Positions 56,201 to 64,000 of a stretch of 64,000 nucleotides of DNA are shown piece after piece (positions within the stretch are counted from its first letter, which is position 1; the number at the start of each line of letters is the position of its first letter). Position numbers and translations under genes: made by a program. A model generated the notes under the pieces. That model saw only the letters and a list, made by a program, of their open reading frames with translations, was not told the DNA's origin and did not search any database. The stretch is from Mobula birostris (Eukaryota), in NCBI RefSeq assembly GCF_030028105.1, contig NC_092379.1, positions 108,614,408-108,678,407 of the forward strand, written 5' to 3'.

Positions 56201-59200
56201 GAGTCTTGCTCTTTAGTCTCTGCCTGCATTCAGGTAGGAGCACGACAGCCAACTAGTCCGATTTCCTGAGATGCAGTCTAGGAATGGAACGGTAGGGACT
56301 TCTAATCATAATATAGCAGTGATTGAGTATGTTGGGATCCCTGGTGCTACAGGTTATATGTTGATGATAACTGGGCAGGTAACTGGATAACTAGCCTAAA
56401 TGAATTCCCCAACAATAATTTGAAACGGTTAGGGGCAGGCTTTTTCTTGTTTGCTGATGGCAGCATTCAATACCTAGAGTACCTGTTTAACATCTGCTTT
56501 CAGATGGTCAGCATCACAGGGAGAATTTTCTTAGTAAGTAGAATGGTCGGTACTTAATCGTTAGATATTCCAGTTTGGGGAACAAGAGTGCGACAAGACT
56601 GCTGTGTTCGAGCACCACAAAGAGTATCATAAAATGTTTTTGAAAATTGCATCCTCCAAAAATCTTCATTTTCATCGTAACATTCAAGATGATTATTGAT
56701 ACCTTCAAATTCTTCATCGTTCCTAACTATGAAGTAGTGAAATTGTTTTGTTTTCATTCCCAGCTATTTCTGGCATCTCCAAGCCTGAATGCTTAAAGCT
56801 TCAGTGAGTGAAACAGTTCTGAATTTTCTACTTGCTTTTTCTTGCCAATTAATCAATGATAAAAATCATTGCTTTTTGAACACAAGCACATGCAATTGAT
56901 GCTATTTCAGAATCAGGTTTATTATCACCGGCATGTGACGTGAAATTTGTTAACTTAGCAGCAGCAGTTCAATGCAATACATAATATAAAAGAGAAAGAA
57001 ATAATAATAATAAATACAATAAAAATAACAGTAATAAATAAACAAGTAAATCAATTACGGTATACTATATTGAATAGATCTTTTGAAATGTACTAAAACA
57101 GAAATACTGTACATAAAAAAAAGTGAGGCAGTGTCCAAGGGTTCAAAGCCCATTTAGGGATCAGATGACAGAGGGGAAGAAGCTGTTCCTGAATCACTGA
57201 GTGTGTGCCTTCAGGCTTCTGTATCTCCTACCTGATGGTAACAGTGAGAAAAGGTCATGCCCTGGGTGCTGGGGGTCCTTAATAATGGACGCTGCCTTTC
57301 TGAAACACCACTCCTTGAAGATGTCCTGGGTACTTTGTAGGCTAGTACCCAAGGTGGAGCCGACTAAATTTACAACCCTCTGCAGCTTCTTTCAGTCCTG
57401 TGCAGTAGTTCCCACCCCACTCCCCCATACCAGACAGTGATGCAGGCTGTCAGAATGCTCGCCGCAGTACAACTATAGAAGTTTTTGAATGTATTTGTTG
57501 TCATGCCAAATCTCTTCTAATGAAGTATAGTCAATGTCTTGTCTTCTTTATAACTACATCGATATGTTGGGACCAAGTAAGACCCTCAGAGATCTTGACA
57601 CTCAGGAACTTGAAACTGCTCACTCTCTCCACTTCTGATCCCTCTATGAGGATTGGTATGTGTTCCTTCGTCTTACCCTTCCTGAAGTCCACAATCAGCT
57701 TTTTCGTCTTACTGACGTTGAGTGCCAGGTTGTTGCTGTGGCACCACTCCACTAGTTGGTATATCTCGCCCCTGCATACCCTCTCATCACCACCTGAGTT
57801 TCTACCAACAATGGTTGTATCGTCAGCAAATTTAAAAACTGTAAGCATGGTGTCATGTCTAACGGCCATAAAAGTGCACCTGACTGACGCTATTTAGAAA
57901 CTGTTCAGCAACAGTCTCATGTTCCAATTAAGTGGTATAGTGTCCCAACTAAATGAAAGGAGTCCTGGATATTTTCTCAATTAGTTTTTGTTCATTAAGA
58001 GTTGTCCCAACTAAGCAGTTGCCCTGATGGCCCAATTTAACCAGAATCCACTGCGTACGGAAATGCATTAATGACAGTTCTGCTGTGTTGGGAGCCTGAT
58101 ATTAATCCCCTATAGCCCCTAGCATTCACACAGCAATGAATCACCCACTGCCCATTGGGTGGGAGAGGGCCAGCTCTTCAGAGAGAGGGGGGCTCAGGTC
58201 TGCACGTTATGAAGGCCATTGCCGATGACTAACAACAACAGCTCTAAATGTTTGGATGCTACAGTCTCTGTCTTCAACCTTGATGACAGTTTCAGTCTCA
58301 CCCTCTTTGTCCAGCAATGCAGCTCTCTCAAGCTCAGAGGTTTCTCTTTTGTTACAAGCTGCCCAGTTCAGTTCAAGTGTATGAAAATTAGCTTTATGCA
58401 GCAGCTAAGCAGTACGTGACAATCCTAAAGTAACATAAATTATTCATAAAATCTGCATCAAAAGCAAAAGGGTTGCTTTACTTTGAAAAATGTTTGCTGG
58501 AAACCAACTAATGAGCGACCAATATTGCTCTACACCAACTGGCTAAAGTTAAAATGAAGGTCAAAGAGAACAATTTAAAAATTATTTCCTCAGACATCCC
58601 TTAACGATATTACTAATATCATAAGTATTATCATTTGTCAGCAGGTAGCTGACAAAAAATTATAAAGTAAGTGATTAGTAGATTTATTGAATTGTCAAGA
58701 GTTCAGCAACTAAAACAAAAAGGACAACAGAACAAAAGGGTACAAAAGGAGTAAATGGGAGGAAGCCTTTTTTTAAGAATTACATGGTAAGTACTCTTGG
58801 TAAAAAGTACATTCAGGGTAAGATTACAAAGAATGCTCTTTATTTTTGTATCAGGACAGGGATGAAATCACATATAAAACAAAAACCATTCAAATAGATT
58901 TCAAGAGAAAGAACGTTAAGAACTACTGATATTAGGAGGGATCACTTTTTTGCCAAGAAACAGTCACAGACTGAAAACCATAGTGACGGAGCACTTGTTG
59001 GGGTACCACAACAGCTCAGAGAGGAGACTAAGAGAATGGAAAATGAACGTAAGGTGCTGGTTCATCTGGGACGTTTTCCCTTTTTCTATCCTCACATCTC
59101 CTTATTAACGATTCCTGCAAAGGCAACTATTGTGGTTATGGTGATAAAAAGCCGCAAGAATCTGCAAAATAAAAAATCAACTCATGACTAAAAAATAGAA

Positions 59201-61503
59201 AATAAACTGTGATAACCCCAAGTGTCCGCAATAAGAATGGAAGATCATCCACAGATTTCACTGCTGAAACATTAAACTTTCAATACCATCTTGCCTACCT
59301 GACTATCTTGTCTGACTGTTGACCTTGGTTTAATTTGTTGTTTTGTTAGGATTTTTTCCACATCACCTGGCTGTTCTTTAGGAGCTTCATCAGTTGCAAA
59401 GCTAATGAAAGCAAACACAAATACATATTTAGCCCTTATGGTGCATGTAAGACAGTGATATTGGGCCACTTCCCCACAGTTCAGACTCTCCTTGACCACA
59501 AGTCATTTTTGTTGTTGAGGTAACATTACTTATAAGATTACTAACAGGTCTGTAAAACTAACTTTGATTGCAACAATAATATCCTGCATAAAAATACATC
59601 CTTCCCAGAATCTGACCAGATTGCCAACACCCTGAGTCCCTTCCACTTTGAATTGTTTTCCAACTATAAAGGGCACACGGATTTTTAAAAAACTGCTCGA
59701 GAAAATCCTTAAGGATTTCAACATTAACAAATGAGACCCGTGTCCTTCAGAAGGTCAACATGCAGATAGATGACTTGGCAAAACCAAATATCTGGCGACT
59801 AACTGAAGGATAACAAGCTTGTTTACATTTTCATGACGCAATTTAAATAGATTTGTGAAAATTGCCCTCAAATATTTACAGAGGCCTATGTTAACAACTT
59901 GTGGTGCATGTGCTGAGGTGTACCATGAGCAATCTGGGGTGATATAATCACCTTAATTCTATTTATCCCAATAGGAATTGATCATTTATCAAACAGTGAA
60001 TACAAGAAATTTACAGAAAGTTGCCAGAATCCACTAAAAAAGTACACATCTGGACTTGAGGCTAAAAAAGACTAGAAAATAATAATGATAATCATGATTT
60101 TTTTGCTATTAGAATAGAAAATCATTTTGCAGATTTTTTTAACAAAGTATTGAACCATCATGTCAACCCAAATTTCTTGGCCAAATGTTGACTTTGGTTT
60201 AATTTGTTGTGCTTTTTTTCTAACCCACCTGGAGGCCTCGATAGAGTGGATGTGGAGAGGATGTTTCCTATGGTGGGGGACTCCAAGACCAGAGGACAAA
60301 GCCTCAGAATAGAGGAACGTCCATTCAGAACGGAGATGAGGATGAATTTCTTTAGCCAGAAAGTGGTGAATCTGTGGAATTCATTGCTGCAGGTGGCTGT
60401 GGTGGCCAAGTCACTGGGTGTATTTAAGGCAGAGGTTGATAGATTCTTGATAAGTCAGGGCATGAAGGAATACAGGGAGAAGGCAGACTAGGGTTGAGAG
60501 GAAAGTGGATCAGCCATGATGAAATGGCAGAGCAAACTCGATGGGCCAAATGGCCTGATTCTGCTCCTATATCTAATGGTCTTATGATCCCGCAATAGTT
60601 TTGTCTGAGAAAGTGGAAATGAATCAGCCTCCGATGTTTAAACGTACTTCCTTTTCCATGAACACTAAAAAGCATTGCCCTTCACCGAGTGTCTCCATTG
60701 TGTGGTGCACAAACAACAAAATTTGAGGATTTAAAGATGAGCTTTATTTGTCACGTGTACATGAAAACATACAGTGAAATGTGTTGTTTGCTTCATCATT
60801 TGCGTGTGCTACCTGCTAGAGTCATCATGCTGCAGCTGCCAGCAGAGCAAGCCCACAACTTTCTAACTCTAACCCATATGTCCTTCTGGAAACTGGAGCA
60901 CCTGGAGGAAACCCTTAGGGCCACAGAGACAACAGACAAGCCATTCCATAAATAACAATGTTCTAGTGTTAAAAGAACATTGAAAACTTTGTTGCACTAA
61001 TAGAAATGATGGAGTGGTATACAAGTGGAGAAACAATGTGAATTGGAGGAAATACAGGCTATTCTCATGCTCAAAAATTAAATGGGGTCTGAGGAAAGAG
61101 AAGAAACTTTGCAACAATTACTGTATTCACAAATCATAGAAAGTTTTTTCCTCCGCAATCCTCCCAGTTTCTATATATGCTCATTAATGCTGAGTTAAAA
61201 AAATAGTCATCAATCACATAGTGTCTGACTCGAATAACCACCTTCACTACATTTCCTAGACTGCATCTTTAAATGTTAAATTATCCATGCTTGCAAACCC
61301 TGTGTCAAATCCATTAACTCAATCATCTTCCCCTATTGCACACTAACAACTAGGATTCACTAGAAGTGATTAGAGAACACTTATAACACTTATATTTAAG
61401 AAAAGTAACCTTCTATTTTCACTTCTTGCAGCTTGAGGCTGTTTTGGTTGGGCACGTGGTGGAGTCTGATGGACTTGCTGTTGTTCAGTCTTTTCAGTAG
61501 TCT
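344..61503 (-). CDS. SYTL2: Synaptotagmin-like protein (SYTL2-like, Slp family), 5'-partial multi-exon gene; 17 exons listed separately
   Basis: Hand-spliced GT-AG exons join in phase (3707 nt = 2 + 1235x3). They give a low-complexity linker, the conserved SKSVP and [16 protein letters not shown] motifs, C2A and C2B, ending [25 protein letters not shown]...KKLK*. Family is recognised from known Slp2 sequence; exact orthology (SYTL2 vs a paralog) is not resolved. Confidence 0.85.
1540..3585 (-). mobile_element. Degenerate Penelope-like retroelement (RT, GIY-YIG region, terminal repeat)
   Basis: Frameshifted fragments [48 protein letters not shown]; terminal repeat cacataaaatgctgaaggaactcagcagg. 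Confidence 0.85.
4025..4230 (-). CDS. SYTL2: SYTL2-like exon, C2B core
   Basis: cctag|C TAC...ACA G|gtaaat; [68 protein letters not shown]. Confidence 0.96.
4459..4558 (-). CDS. SYTL2: SYTL2-like exon, C2B start
   Basis: ttaag|GC ACT...AAA TG|gtactt; [33 protein letters not shown]. Confidence 0.93.
4950..5795 (-). mobile_element. Rex1/Babar-type LINE 3' fragment
   Basis: [24 protein letters not shown]...[11 protein letters not shown]; AATAAA plus short tandem tail. Confidence 0.75.
6615..7065 (+). mobile_element. Rex1/Babar-type LINE 3' fragment
   Basis: [42 protein letters not shown]...FFPYAI; ends aataaaggattctgat. Confidence 0.8.
7225..7303 (-). CDS. SYTL2: SYTL2-like exon, C2A-C2B linker
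   Basis: ttgcag|ATT...TTA G|gtaacc; [26 protein letters not shown], matching the Slp RGExxLAxxY motif. Confidence 0.93.
7390..8160 (-). mobile_element. Penelope-like 3' fragment containing a 33-bp tandem duplication (8031-8096)
   Basis: QDLPVATHF and EATLRLEE (GIY-YIG C-terminal part); terminal-repeat motif at about 7400-7470. Confidence 0.8.
8340..8743 (-). mobile_element. Non-autonomous Tc1-like DNA transposon remnant
   Basis: Reverse-complement homolog of 27178-27670; ends aataaagtggcca. Confidence 0.7.
8898..9059 (-). CDS. SYTL2: SYTL2-like exon, C2A second half
   Basis: aacag|TAT...AGG|gtaagt; [54 protein letters not shown]. Confidence 0.96.
9467..13750 (-). mobile_element. Near full-length CR1 LINE (5'UTR, ORF1 zinc finger plus SGNH esterase, ORF2 APE endonuclease plus RT), lightly frameshifted
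   Basis: CLSCEKW..HICQKC (13159-13443); IADS..IHVGTND..DGLH esterase (12454-12993); YLNARS, GDFNFP, SDH endonuclease; [25 protein letters not shown] (9467-10792); ttctat-type 3' tail. Confidence 0.96.
13965..14062 (+). mobile_element. Solo Penelope terminal-repeat fragment with decayed hammerhead motif
   Basis: CTGATGAAGGGTTTCAGCCCAAAATGTTGAC...gatgctgcctgactagctgagttcctccagcatttt. Confidence 0.7.
14079..14181 (-). CDS. SYTL2: SYTL2-like exon, C2A basic (polylysine) region
   Basis: tacag|G TAT...AAG|gtatga; [34 protein letters not shown]. Confidence 0.96.
14496..14531. repeat. (CA)n microsatellite
   Basis: Direct read. Confidence 0.95.
14926..15159. mobile_element. Palindromic Penelope-terminus unit 1 (inverted pair)
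   Basis: Arms at about 14965-15039 and 15082-15159 are imperfect reverse complements; flanks aataaatatgg and aataaatgtgg. Confidence 0.8.
15243..16335 (-). mobile_element. CR1 3' fragment
   Basis: [13 protein letters not shown]...KFADD and CR1 3'UTR. Confidence 0.9.
16434..16603 (-). CDS. SYTL2: SYTL2-like exon, C2A start
   Basis: tttcag|GTG AGT...GAT GC|gtaagt; [56 protein letters not shown]. Confidence 0.96.
17715..17945 (+). mobile_element. CR1 RT 3' fragment
   Basis: Degenerate LERVQ..TRMLPG-coding sequence. Confidence 0.7.
18037..19360 (-). mobile_element. Internally deleted CR1 fragment carrying a templated host-exon insert (18583-18703)
   Basis: CR1 3'UTR and RT end, then [15 protein letters not shown]...VPEDWKVA; about 0.9 kb of RT is missing at the insert. 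Confidence 0.88.
18583..18687 (-). pseudogene. 105-bp duplicate of the C2A-exon 5' end plus splice acceptor (source 16555-16659)
   Basis: Ungapped alignment at offset 2028 with 4 mismatches. Confidence 0.95.
19410..19935 (-). mobile_element. Penelope-like 3' fragment
   Basis: [17 protein letters not shown] and terminal repeat. Confidence 0.8.
20050..20300 (+). mobile_element. Degenerate tRNA-derived SINE (V-SINE-like)
   Basis: gcagcacggtag..agtggttagc..gttcaattccc A/B-box-like head; gtgggtttcctcagagtgctccagttt. Confidence 0.55.
21565..21666 (-). CDS. SYTL2: SYTL2-like exon preceding C2A
   Basis: tgtcag|AGT...TCG|gtagga; [34 protein letters not shown], phase 0-0. Confidence 0.92.
21890..22845. 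mobile_element. Cluster of short CR1 3' ends (+) and a SINE fragment (-)
   Basis: ggactgaatggcct and gggccaaaaggcctgtttctgtg CR1 3'UTR motifs; SINE body at about 22030-22280. Confidence 0.6.
23517..24170 (-). mobile_element. Rex/Babar-like LINE 3'UTR fragment
   Basis: tcaagattcaagac tail; homologous (reverse complement) to 25990-26125. Confidence 0.6.
24210..24319 (-). CDS. SYTL2: SYTL2-like linker exon (SKSVP motif)
   Basis: ccccag|GT AAT...GAG|gtatga; [36 protein letters not shown], phase 1-0. Confidence 0.9.
25545..26125 (+). mobile_element. Rex1/Babar-type 3' fragments
   Basis: Degenerate [13 protein letters not shown]-coding sequence followed by 3'UTR. Confidence 0.65.
26229..26257. 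repeat. (TA)n microsatellite
   Basis: Direct read. Confidence 0.95.
27178..27670 (+). mobile_element. Non-autonomous Tc1-like transposon (transposase N-terminal HTH only)
   Basis: [41 protein letters not shown]...[10 protein letters not shown]. Confidence 0.8.
28039..28086 (-). CDS. SYTL2: SYTL2-like 48-nt symmetric (phase 1-1) linker exon
   Basis: Strong polypyrimidine acceptor tttttttccttacag and donor G|gtgagg; open in the required phase ([15 protein letters not shown]). Confidence 0.7.
31973..36164 (-). mobile_element. 5'-truncated CR1 (middle layer; 31973-32147 plus 34848-36164)
   Basis: (tagaaaca)n tail at about 31975; RT ORFs 34839-36139; the two pieces rejoin as ttaaatatagccaatgaactggcc; GTAAA on both flanks. 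Confidence 0.88.
32148..34847 (+). mobile_element. Young 5'-truncated CR1 (inner layer)
   Basis: 621-aa endonuclease-RT ORF (32164-34029) plus 198-aa continuation; (ttctatgg)n tail; CAA on both flanks. Confidence 0.96.
37860..37955 (-). CDS. SYTL2: SYTL2-like linker exon
   Basis: cttcag|GA AAT...GAC A|gtaagt; [31 protein letters not shown] resembles the Slp2 PV..L.R...KS.E/D motif; 96 nt, phase 1-1. Confidence 0.88.
38485..40220 (+). mobile_element. Degenerate Penelope-like retroelement
   Basis: [58 protein letters not shown]. Confidence 0.85.
40613..42223 (-). CDS. SYTL2: SYTL2-like giant 1611-nt linker exon
   Basis: Overlaps the 534-aa ORF 40563..42167; tactag|GT CCA...TCA G|gtttga; includes [15 protein letters not shown], a Slp2-type FxxLKxFWE motif; phase 1-1. 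Confidence 0.88.
42605..43862 (+). mobile_element. Tc1/mariner DNA transposon, internally deleted
   Basis: TA|CAGTG...CACTG|TA with about 100 bp of matching TIR; transposase remnants [60 protein letters not shown]. Confidence 0.95.
44128..44535 (-). mobile_element. CR1 3' fragment (same family as the 29120 element)
   Basis: Shares aaacaggccct...gacctgcacc.ggaccatagccctccata with 29145-29230. Confidence 0.8.
45371..45616 (-). CDS. SYTL2: SYTL2-like linker exon, 246 nt
   Basis: gttttag|AT CAT...CAG G|gtaatg; open, same frame as ORF 45297..45578; phase 1-1. Confidence 0.8.
46457..46705 (-). CDS. SYTL2: SYTL2-like linker exon, 249 nt
   Basis: ttacag|GT CAG...AAA G|gtgagt; 83 codons without a stop ([11 protein letters not shown]...EESEHSNLK); phase 1-1. 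Confidence 0.8.
46960..47430. mobile_element. Probable RTE-type LINE 5'UTR remnant
   Basis: gcagctcatcaaggagaaggaaaactctgat motif recalled from RTE-family UTRs; no coding support. Confidence 0.3.
47570..48165 (+). mobile_element. Rex1/Babar-type LINE 3' fragment
   Basis: [18 protein letters not shown]...[19 protein letters not shown]; aataaag followed by (tatgac)n tail. Confidence 0.88.
49275..49500 (-). mobile_element. SINE fragment
   Basis: Reverse-complement similarity to 62380-62475; related copies at about 17405-17495 and 22040-22170. Confidence 0.6.
50674..50755 (-). CDS. SYTL2: SYTL2-like linker exon, 82 nt
   Basis: ttccatag|CGG...AAG G|gtatgt; [27 protein letters not shown]; phase 0-1 bridges its neighbours. 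Confidence 0.78.
51237..52290 (-). mobile_element. CR1 3' fragment
   Basis: RT C-terminal ORFs 51332-52276; (ataagaac)-type tail. Confidence 0.92.
52370..52531. mobile_element. Palindromic Penelope-terminus unit 2 with 16-bp TSD
   Basis: ACATAAATATTGGAGC at 52354-52369 and 52532-52547; inverted arms. Confidence 0.88.
54055..54252. mobile_element. Palindromic Penelope-terminus unit 3 with 12-bp TSD
   Basis: TTAATATTTAGT at 54043-54054 and 54253-54264; inverted arms. Confidence 0.82.
55048..55364 (-). mobile_element. 317-bp non-autonomous TIR element with 6-bp TSD (hAT-like)
   Basis: CAGACATCCCACC...GGTGGGATGTCTG perfect 13-bp TIR; CATTTC on both sides. Confidence 0.85.
55425..56145 (-). mobile_element. 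Relatively well-preserved Penelope-like 3' fragment
   Basis: GIY-YIG end (tatattggcgagacc = YIGET) plus complete terminal repeat. Confidence 0.85.
55522..55559 (-). ncRNA. Minimal type I hammerhead ribozyme motif (Penelope-associated)
   Basis: UAAUC CUGACGA AGG-GUCUCAG-CCU GAAA CGUC/GACUG; intact CUGANGA and GAAA boxes, palindromic ACGU helix III, one mismatch in stem I. Confidence 0.7.
56905..57835 (-). mobile_element. Rex1/Babar-type LINE 3' fragment
   Basis: [10 protein letters not shown]...[23 protein letters not shown]...[10 protein letters not shown]. Confidence 0.88.
59299..59401 (-). CDS. SYTL2: SYTL2-like linker exon, 103 nt
   Basis: ttcattag|C TTT...CAG|gtaggc; [34 protein letters not shown]; phase 2-0. 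Confidence 0.78.
60154..60232 (-). pseudogene. Decayed duplicate of exon 59299-59401 (3' part plus donor region)
   Basis: [19 protein letters not shown] versus [19 protein letters not shown]; shared tgttgac(c/t)ttggtttaatttgttgt. Confidence 0.8.
60233..60587 (+). mobile_element. CR1 3' fragment
   Basis: [41 protein letters not shown] plus 3'UTR. Confidence 0.9.
61410..61503 (-). CDS. SYTL2: SYTL2-like linker exon, 94 nt (most 5' exon found)
   Basis: ctttctag|AG ACT...AGA AG|gttact (weak donor); [30 protein letters not shown]; phase 1-2 fits the next exon. Confidence 0.72.
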
Positions 61504-61679
61504 CTAGAAAGAGGATAACAGAAATAACACATTCAAAAGGAAACATGATTATTTGCTCAAACTTCAGCATAACTTCTCATACTTTCTCCATCTTTGAGTT
61601 CCATAAATTCAGGATCAGGATTGAATCAAACGAATAGATTAAAACAAATCACATGATTTAAGGCCATGGGCAAAGATTG

Positions 61680-62015
61680 AGTAGATGGTCAGAATCTTGC
61701 CCCCTCCCAGGGTGGAAATGGCAAACACTAGAGGGCAAACCTTCATGAGGAGAAGGGGAAAGTTTAAAGGAGATGTGCAGAGCAAGTTTTTAAAAATTTT
61801 TTACAAAGAGTGTGGTAAATGCCTGGAACATGCTGGTTGGGGTACTGCTGGAAGCAAATGCAATAGTTGTGTGTGTTCCAGACATTTCTAGATAGATACA
61901 TGAACATTCAGGGATGTAAGAATATAGATCGTGAGCATGCAGAAGGAATAACTTTAATTTACTATCATGCTTGGCAGAGGCATTGTGGGCTGAAGGGACT
62001 TTTCCTGGTCTGTAC
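61680..62015 (+). mobile_element. Degenerate CR1 3' fragment
   Basis: NTRGQTF..RGKFKGDV; gggctgaaggg 3'UTR motif. Confidence 0.7.
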
Positions 62016-62218
62016 GGTTTTCTTTTCTGTTCACCTTTACAACTTCTTCCAGTGAGGCAATCCAGAAGCACCTTTCCACACCAAGGCTGGCTAAATTCCC
62101 TTTCTTGCTCTGCGTTATTTGATCGTAGACAGGACAGTAGCTGGCCTTAGCCGAGGGACTATCTCTAAGTGCTGTGCATCCAGAGTCAATGCATAGCACT
62201 TCATGATGCTACAGTTGA

Positions 62219-62475
62219 GCACCACAGTAGTGTAGTGGTTAGCACGATGTCATTACAGCTCGAGGCGAAGTTCGGAGTTCATCATCTGTAAGGAGTCTGT
62301 ACATCCTCTCCATGGAATACACTGATTTTTCCTGTTCCGGTTTCCTCCCCAGTCCAAAGATGTACTGGCTAGGCTAATTGTTCATTGTAAATTGTCCCAT
62401 GATTCGGTTGCTGGGGCAGCGGGGCTCAAAGGCCCGGAAGTGCCCAATCCTTGCTGTATTGCCAAATAAATAAAT
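62219..62475 (+). mobile_element. tRNA-derived V-SINE-like element
   Basis: cacagtagtgtagtggttagcac head; tgtaaggagtctgtacatcctc central domain; (aaat)n tail. Confidence 0.7.
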
Positions 62476-63111
62476 TTTCAAAAGCTGCATTCTAATCAGC
62501 CTAGTCAGACAGACAAAAGCCATCTGCATTTTTGTATAAAGCAGGTGATAGGAACCTAGTTCCCAATGAGTATAAAGGAATTTTAAAGAAGAATACTGGT
62601 GCTGAGGCTTTATAAACATTACAAATACATGTACTCAGTCATCATCACAAACTATTAAAACAACTTACTTTTAAAAAAGGAGCTTGACAAGAGTATCAAA
62701 CAAAATTGAACATCAAGCCACACAGAGATACCAGCACAGGTGAACGAAAGCTTGGTTGAAAGATTAAGTTTAAGAAGGGCATAAAAGCGTTGAGAGAGGT
62801 GGAAGAATTCAGAGAGGGGATTCCAGAGCACAAAGTCAGAATAACCTGGGCAACAGTTGCCATTGGTTGAGCAATAAGAAAAATAAGGATGTGCAAGAAG
62901 CTAAATAGTTCCAGGAGATGCAGCAATGGAGCAGTAATTAGTGGGGGGGGGGGGCGGGGGGGTTGAGTGGAAACTTTGGAGAAAACCAGCAGGAGTGTGC
63001 ATTTTAAATATAAACTTGAGACATTGCAGTCCCTGGAGTAAAAGTGTTAGGTGAGCATGAACCATCAAGTTGTGGTACAGAAAAACAATAGCTGACAAGG
63101 TTAATTTAAGA

Positions 63112-63357
63112 TGGCACGATAGCATAGTGGTTAGTACAATGCTTTACAGTACCAACCACCCAGGTTCAATTCCCACCGCTGCCTGTAAGGAGTTTGTACG
63201 TTCTCCCTACGACGACATGGGTTTACTCCGGGTTCACAGTCCAAAGACATACCAGTTGGTAGGTTAATTGGTTGTTTTAAATTGTACCGTGACTAGGCTA
63301 GGATTAAATTAGGCTTGAAGGGCTGGAAGGGCCTATTCCATGCTATATCTCAATAAG
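63112..63357 (+). mobile_element. tRNA-derived V-SINE-like element
   Basis: tggcacgatagcatagtggttag A box; ggttcaattccc B box; ggagtttgtacgttctccc V-domain-like sequence. Confidence 0.75.
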
Positions 63358-63399
63358 TAAGGTTTGAAATGGTACAAGGTGGAAAATTAGACAGCACTG

Positions 63400-64000
63400 G
63401 AATTGTGGAGATCCATAAACCAGTCCTCATCAGAGGATCAGAGGTGGAAATGGTCAGCAATTTTAGATTCCTCAGTGTTATAAACTCAGAGGGCATGTCA
63501 AGGGTGATGAGGATCCTTATCATGGATACCATCTTTCTGAGGCACTGCTCCTTGAAAATGTTTTAAATACTACAGAGGCTAGTACCCATGATGATGGTGC
63601 CGGTTAATTTTACAACTTTCTGCAACTTACTTTAACCCTGTGCAGTAGACGCCACAATCCCCCCCCCCCATACCAGACAGTGATGCAGCCAGTCAGAATG
63701 CTCTCCATAGTACATCTGTAGAAGTTTTCAAGTGGTTTAGGTGACAAACCAAATCTCCTCAGACTCCTAATGAAATATAGCCACTGTCTTGCCTTCTTTA
63801 TAGCTGCATCAATATGTTGTGACTAGGTTAGTCCTCAGAGATATTGACACCCAGGAAGTTGAAATTGCTCACTCTCTCCACTTCCTATCCCTCTATGAGG
63901 ATTGGTCTGTGTTCCCGCAGTCTATCCTTGCTAAAGTCCACAATCAGCTATTTGGTCTTACTAACGTTGAGTGAAAGATTGTTGCTACATCTCTCAACTT
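63400..64000 (-). mobile_element. Rex1/Babar-type fragment (same family as 56905-57835) with a short inverted piece at 63405-63485; runs off the window
   Basis: Colinear with 57270-57735; 63420-63463 is an imperfect reverse complement of 63862-63905. Confidence 0.8.

Noticed and set aside
53180-58055. Fragments (53180-53505, 56630-56905, 57840-58052) resembling one pogo/Tigger-like element split by later insertions
   Set aside because: The terminal similarity is weak and I cannot show without a consensus that the pieces come from one copy.
63112-63180. tRNA gene
   Set aside because: A and B boxes are present but continue into a SINE body; no cloverleaf.

Overview
This is vertebrate genomic DNA. 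The repeat families (CR1 with esterase ORF1, Penelope-like elements, V-SINEs, Rex1/Babar, Tc1) suggest a cartilaginous fish, probably a ray; this is inference. The whole window lies inside one minus-strand gene, a synaptotagmin-like (Slp/SYTL2-like) Rab27-effector family gene. I traced 17 GT-AG exons by hand (61503 down to the TGA at 344-346). They splice in phase into about 1,235 codons: a long Ser/Thr/Glu/Lys-rich linker followed by tandem C2A and C2B domains. The N-terminal Rab-binding SHD exons are expected beyond position 64000. The introns are full of transposon remnants, and almost all ORFs in the supplied track are TE fragments or noise. Most notable observations: (1) a 105-bp copy of the gene's own C2A-exon splice acceptor sits in a CR1 deletion junction 2 kb upstream in the same intron and now reads CAG|GTAAGT; (2) three short palindromic Penelope-terminus units, with 11-16 bp flanking duplications and minimal hammerhead-ribozyme sequence at the apex; (3) a three-level nested CR1 insertion; (4) a decayed duplicate of a linker exon; (5) a TIR element with a 6-bp TSD. 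Repeat boundaries are approximate unless a TSD or TIR is quoted. No prokaryotic-type systems such as CRISPR or operons are present.
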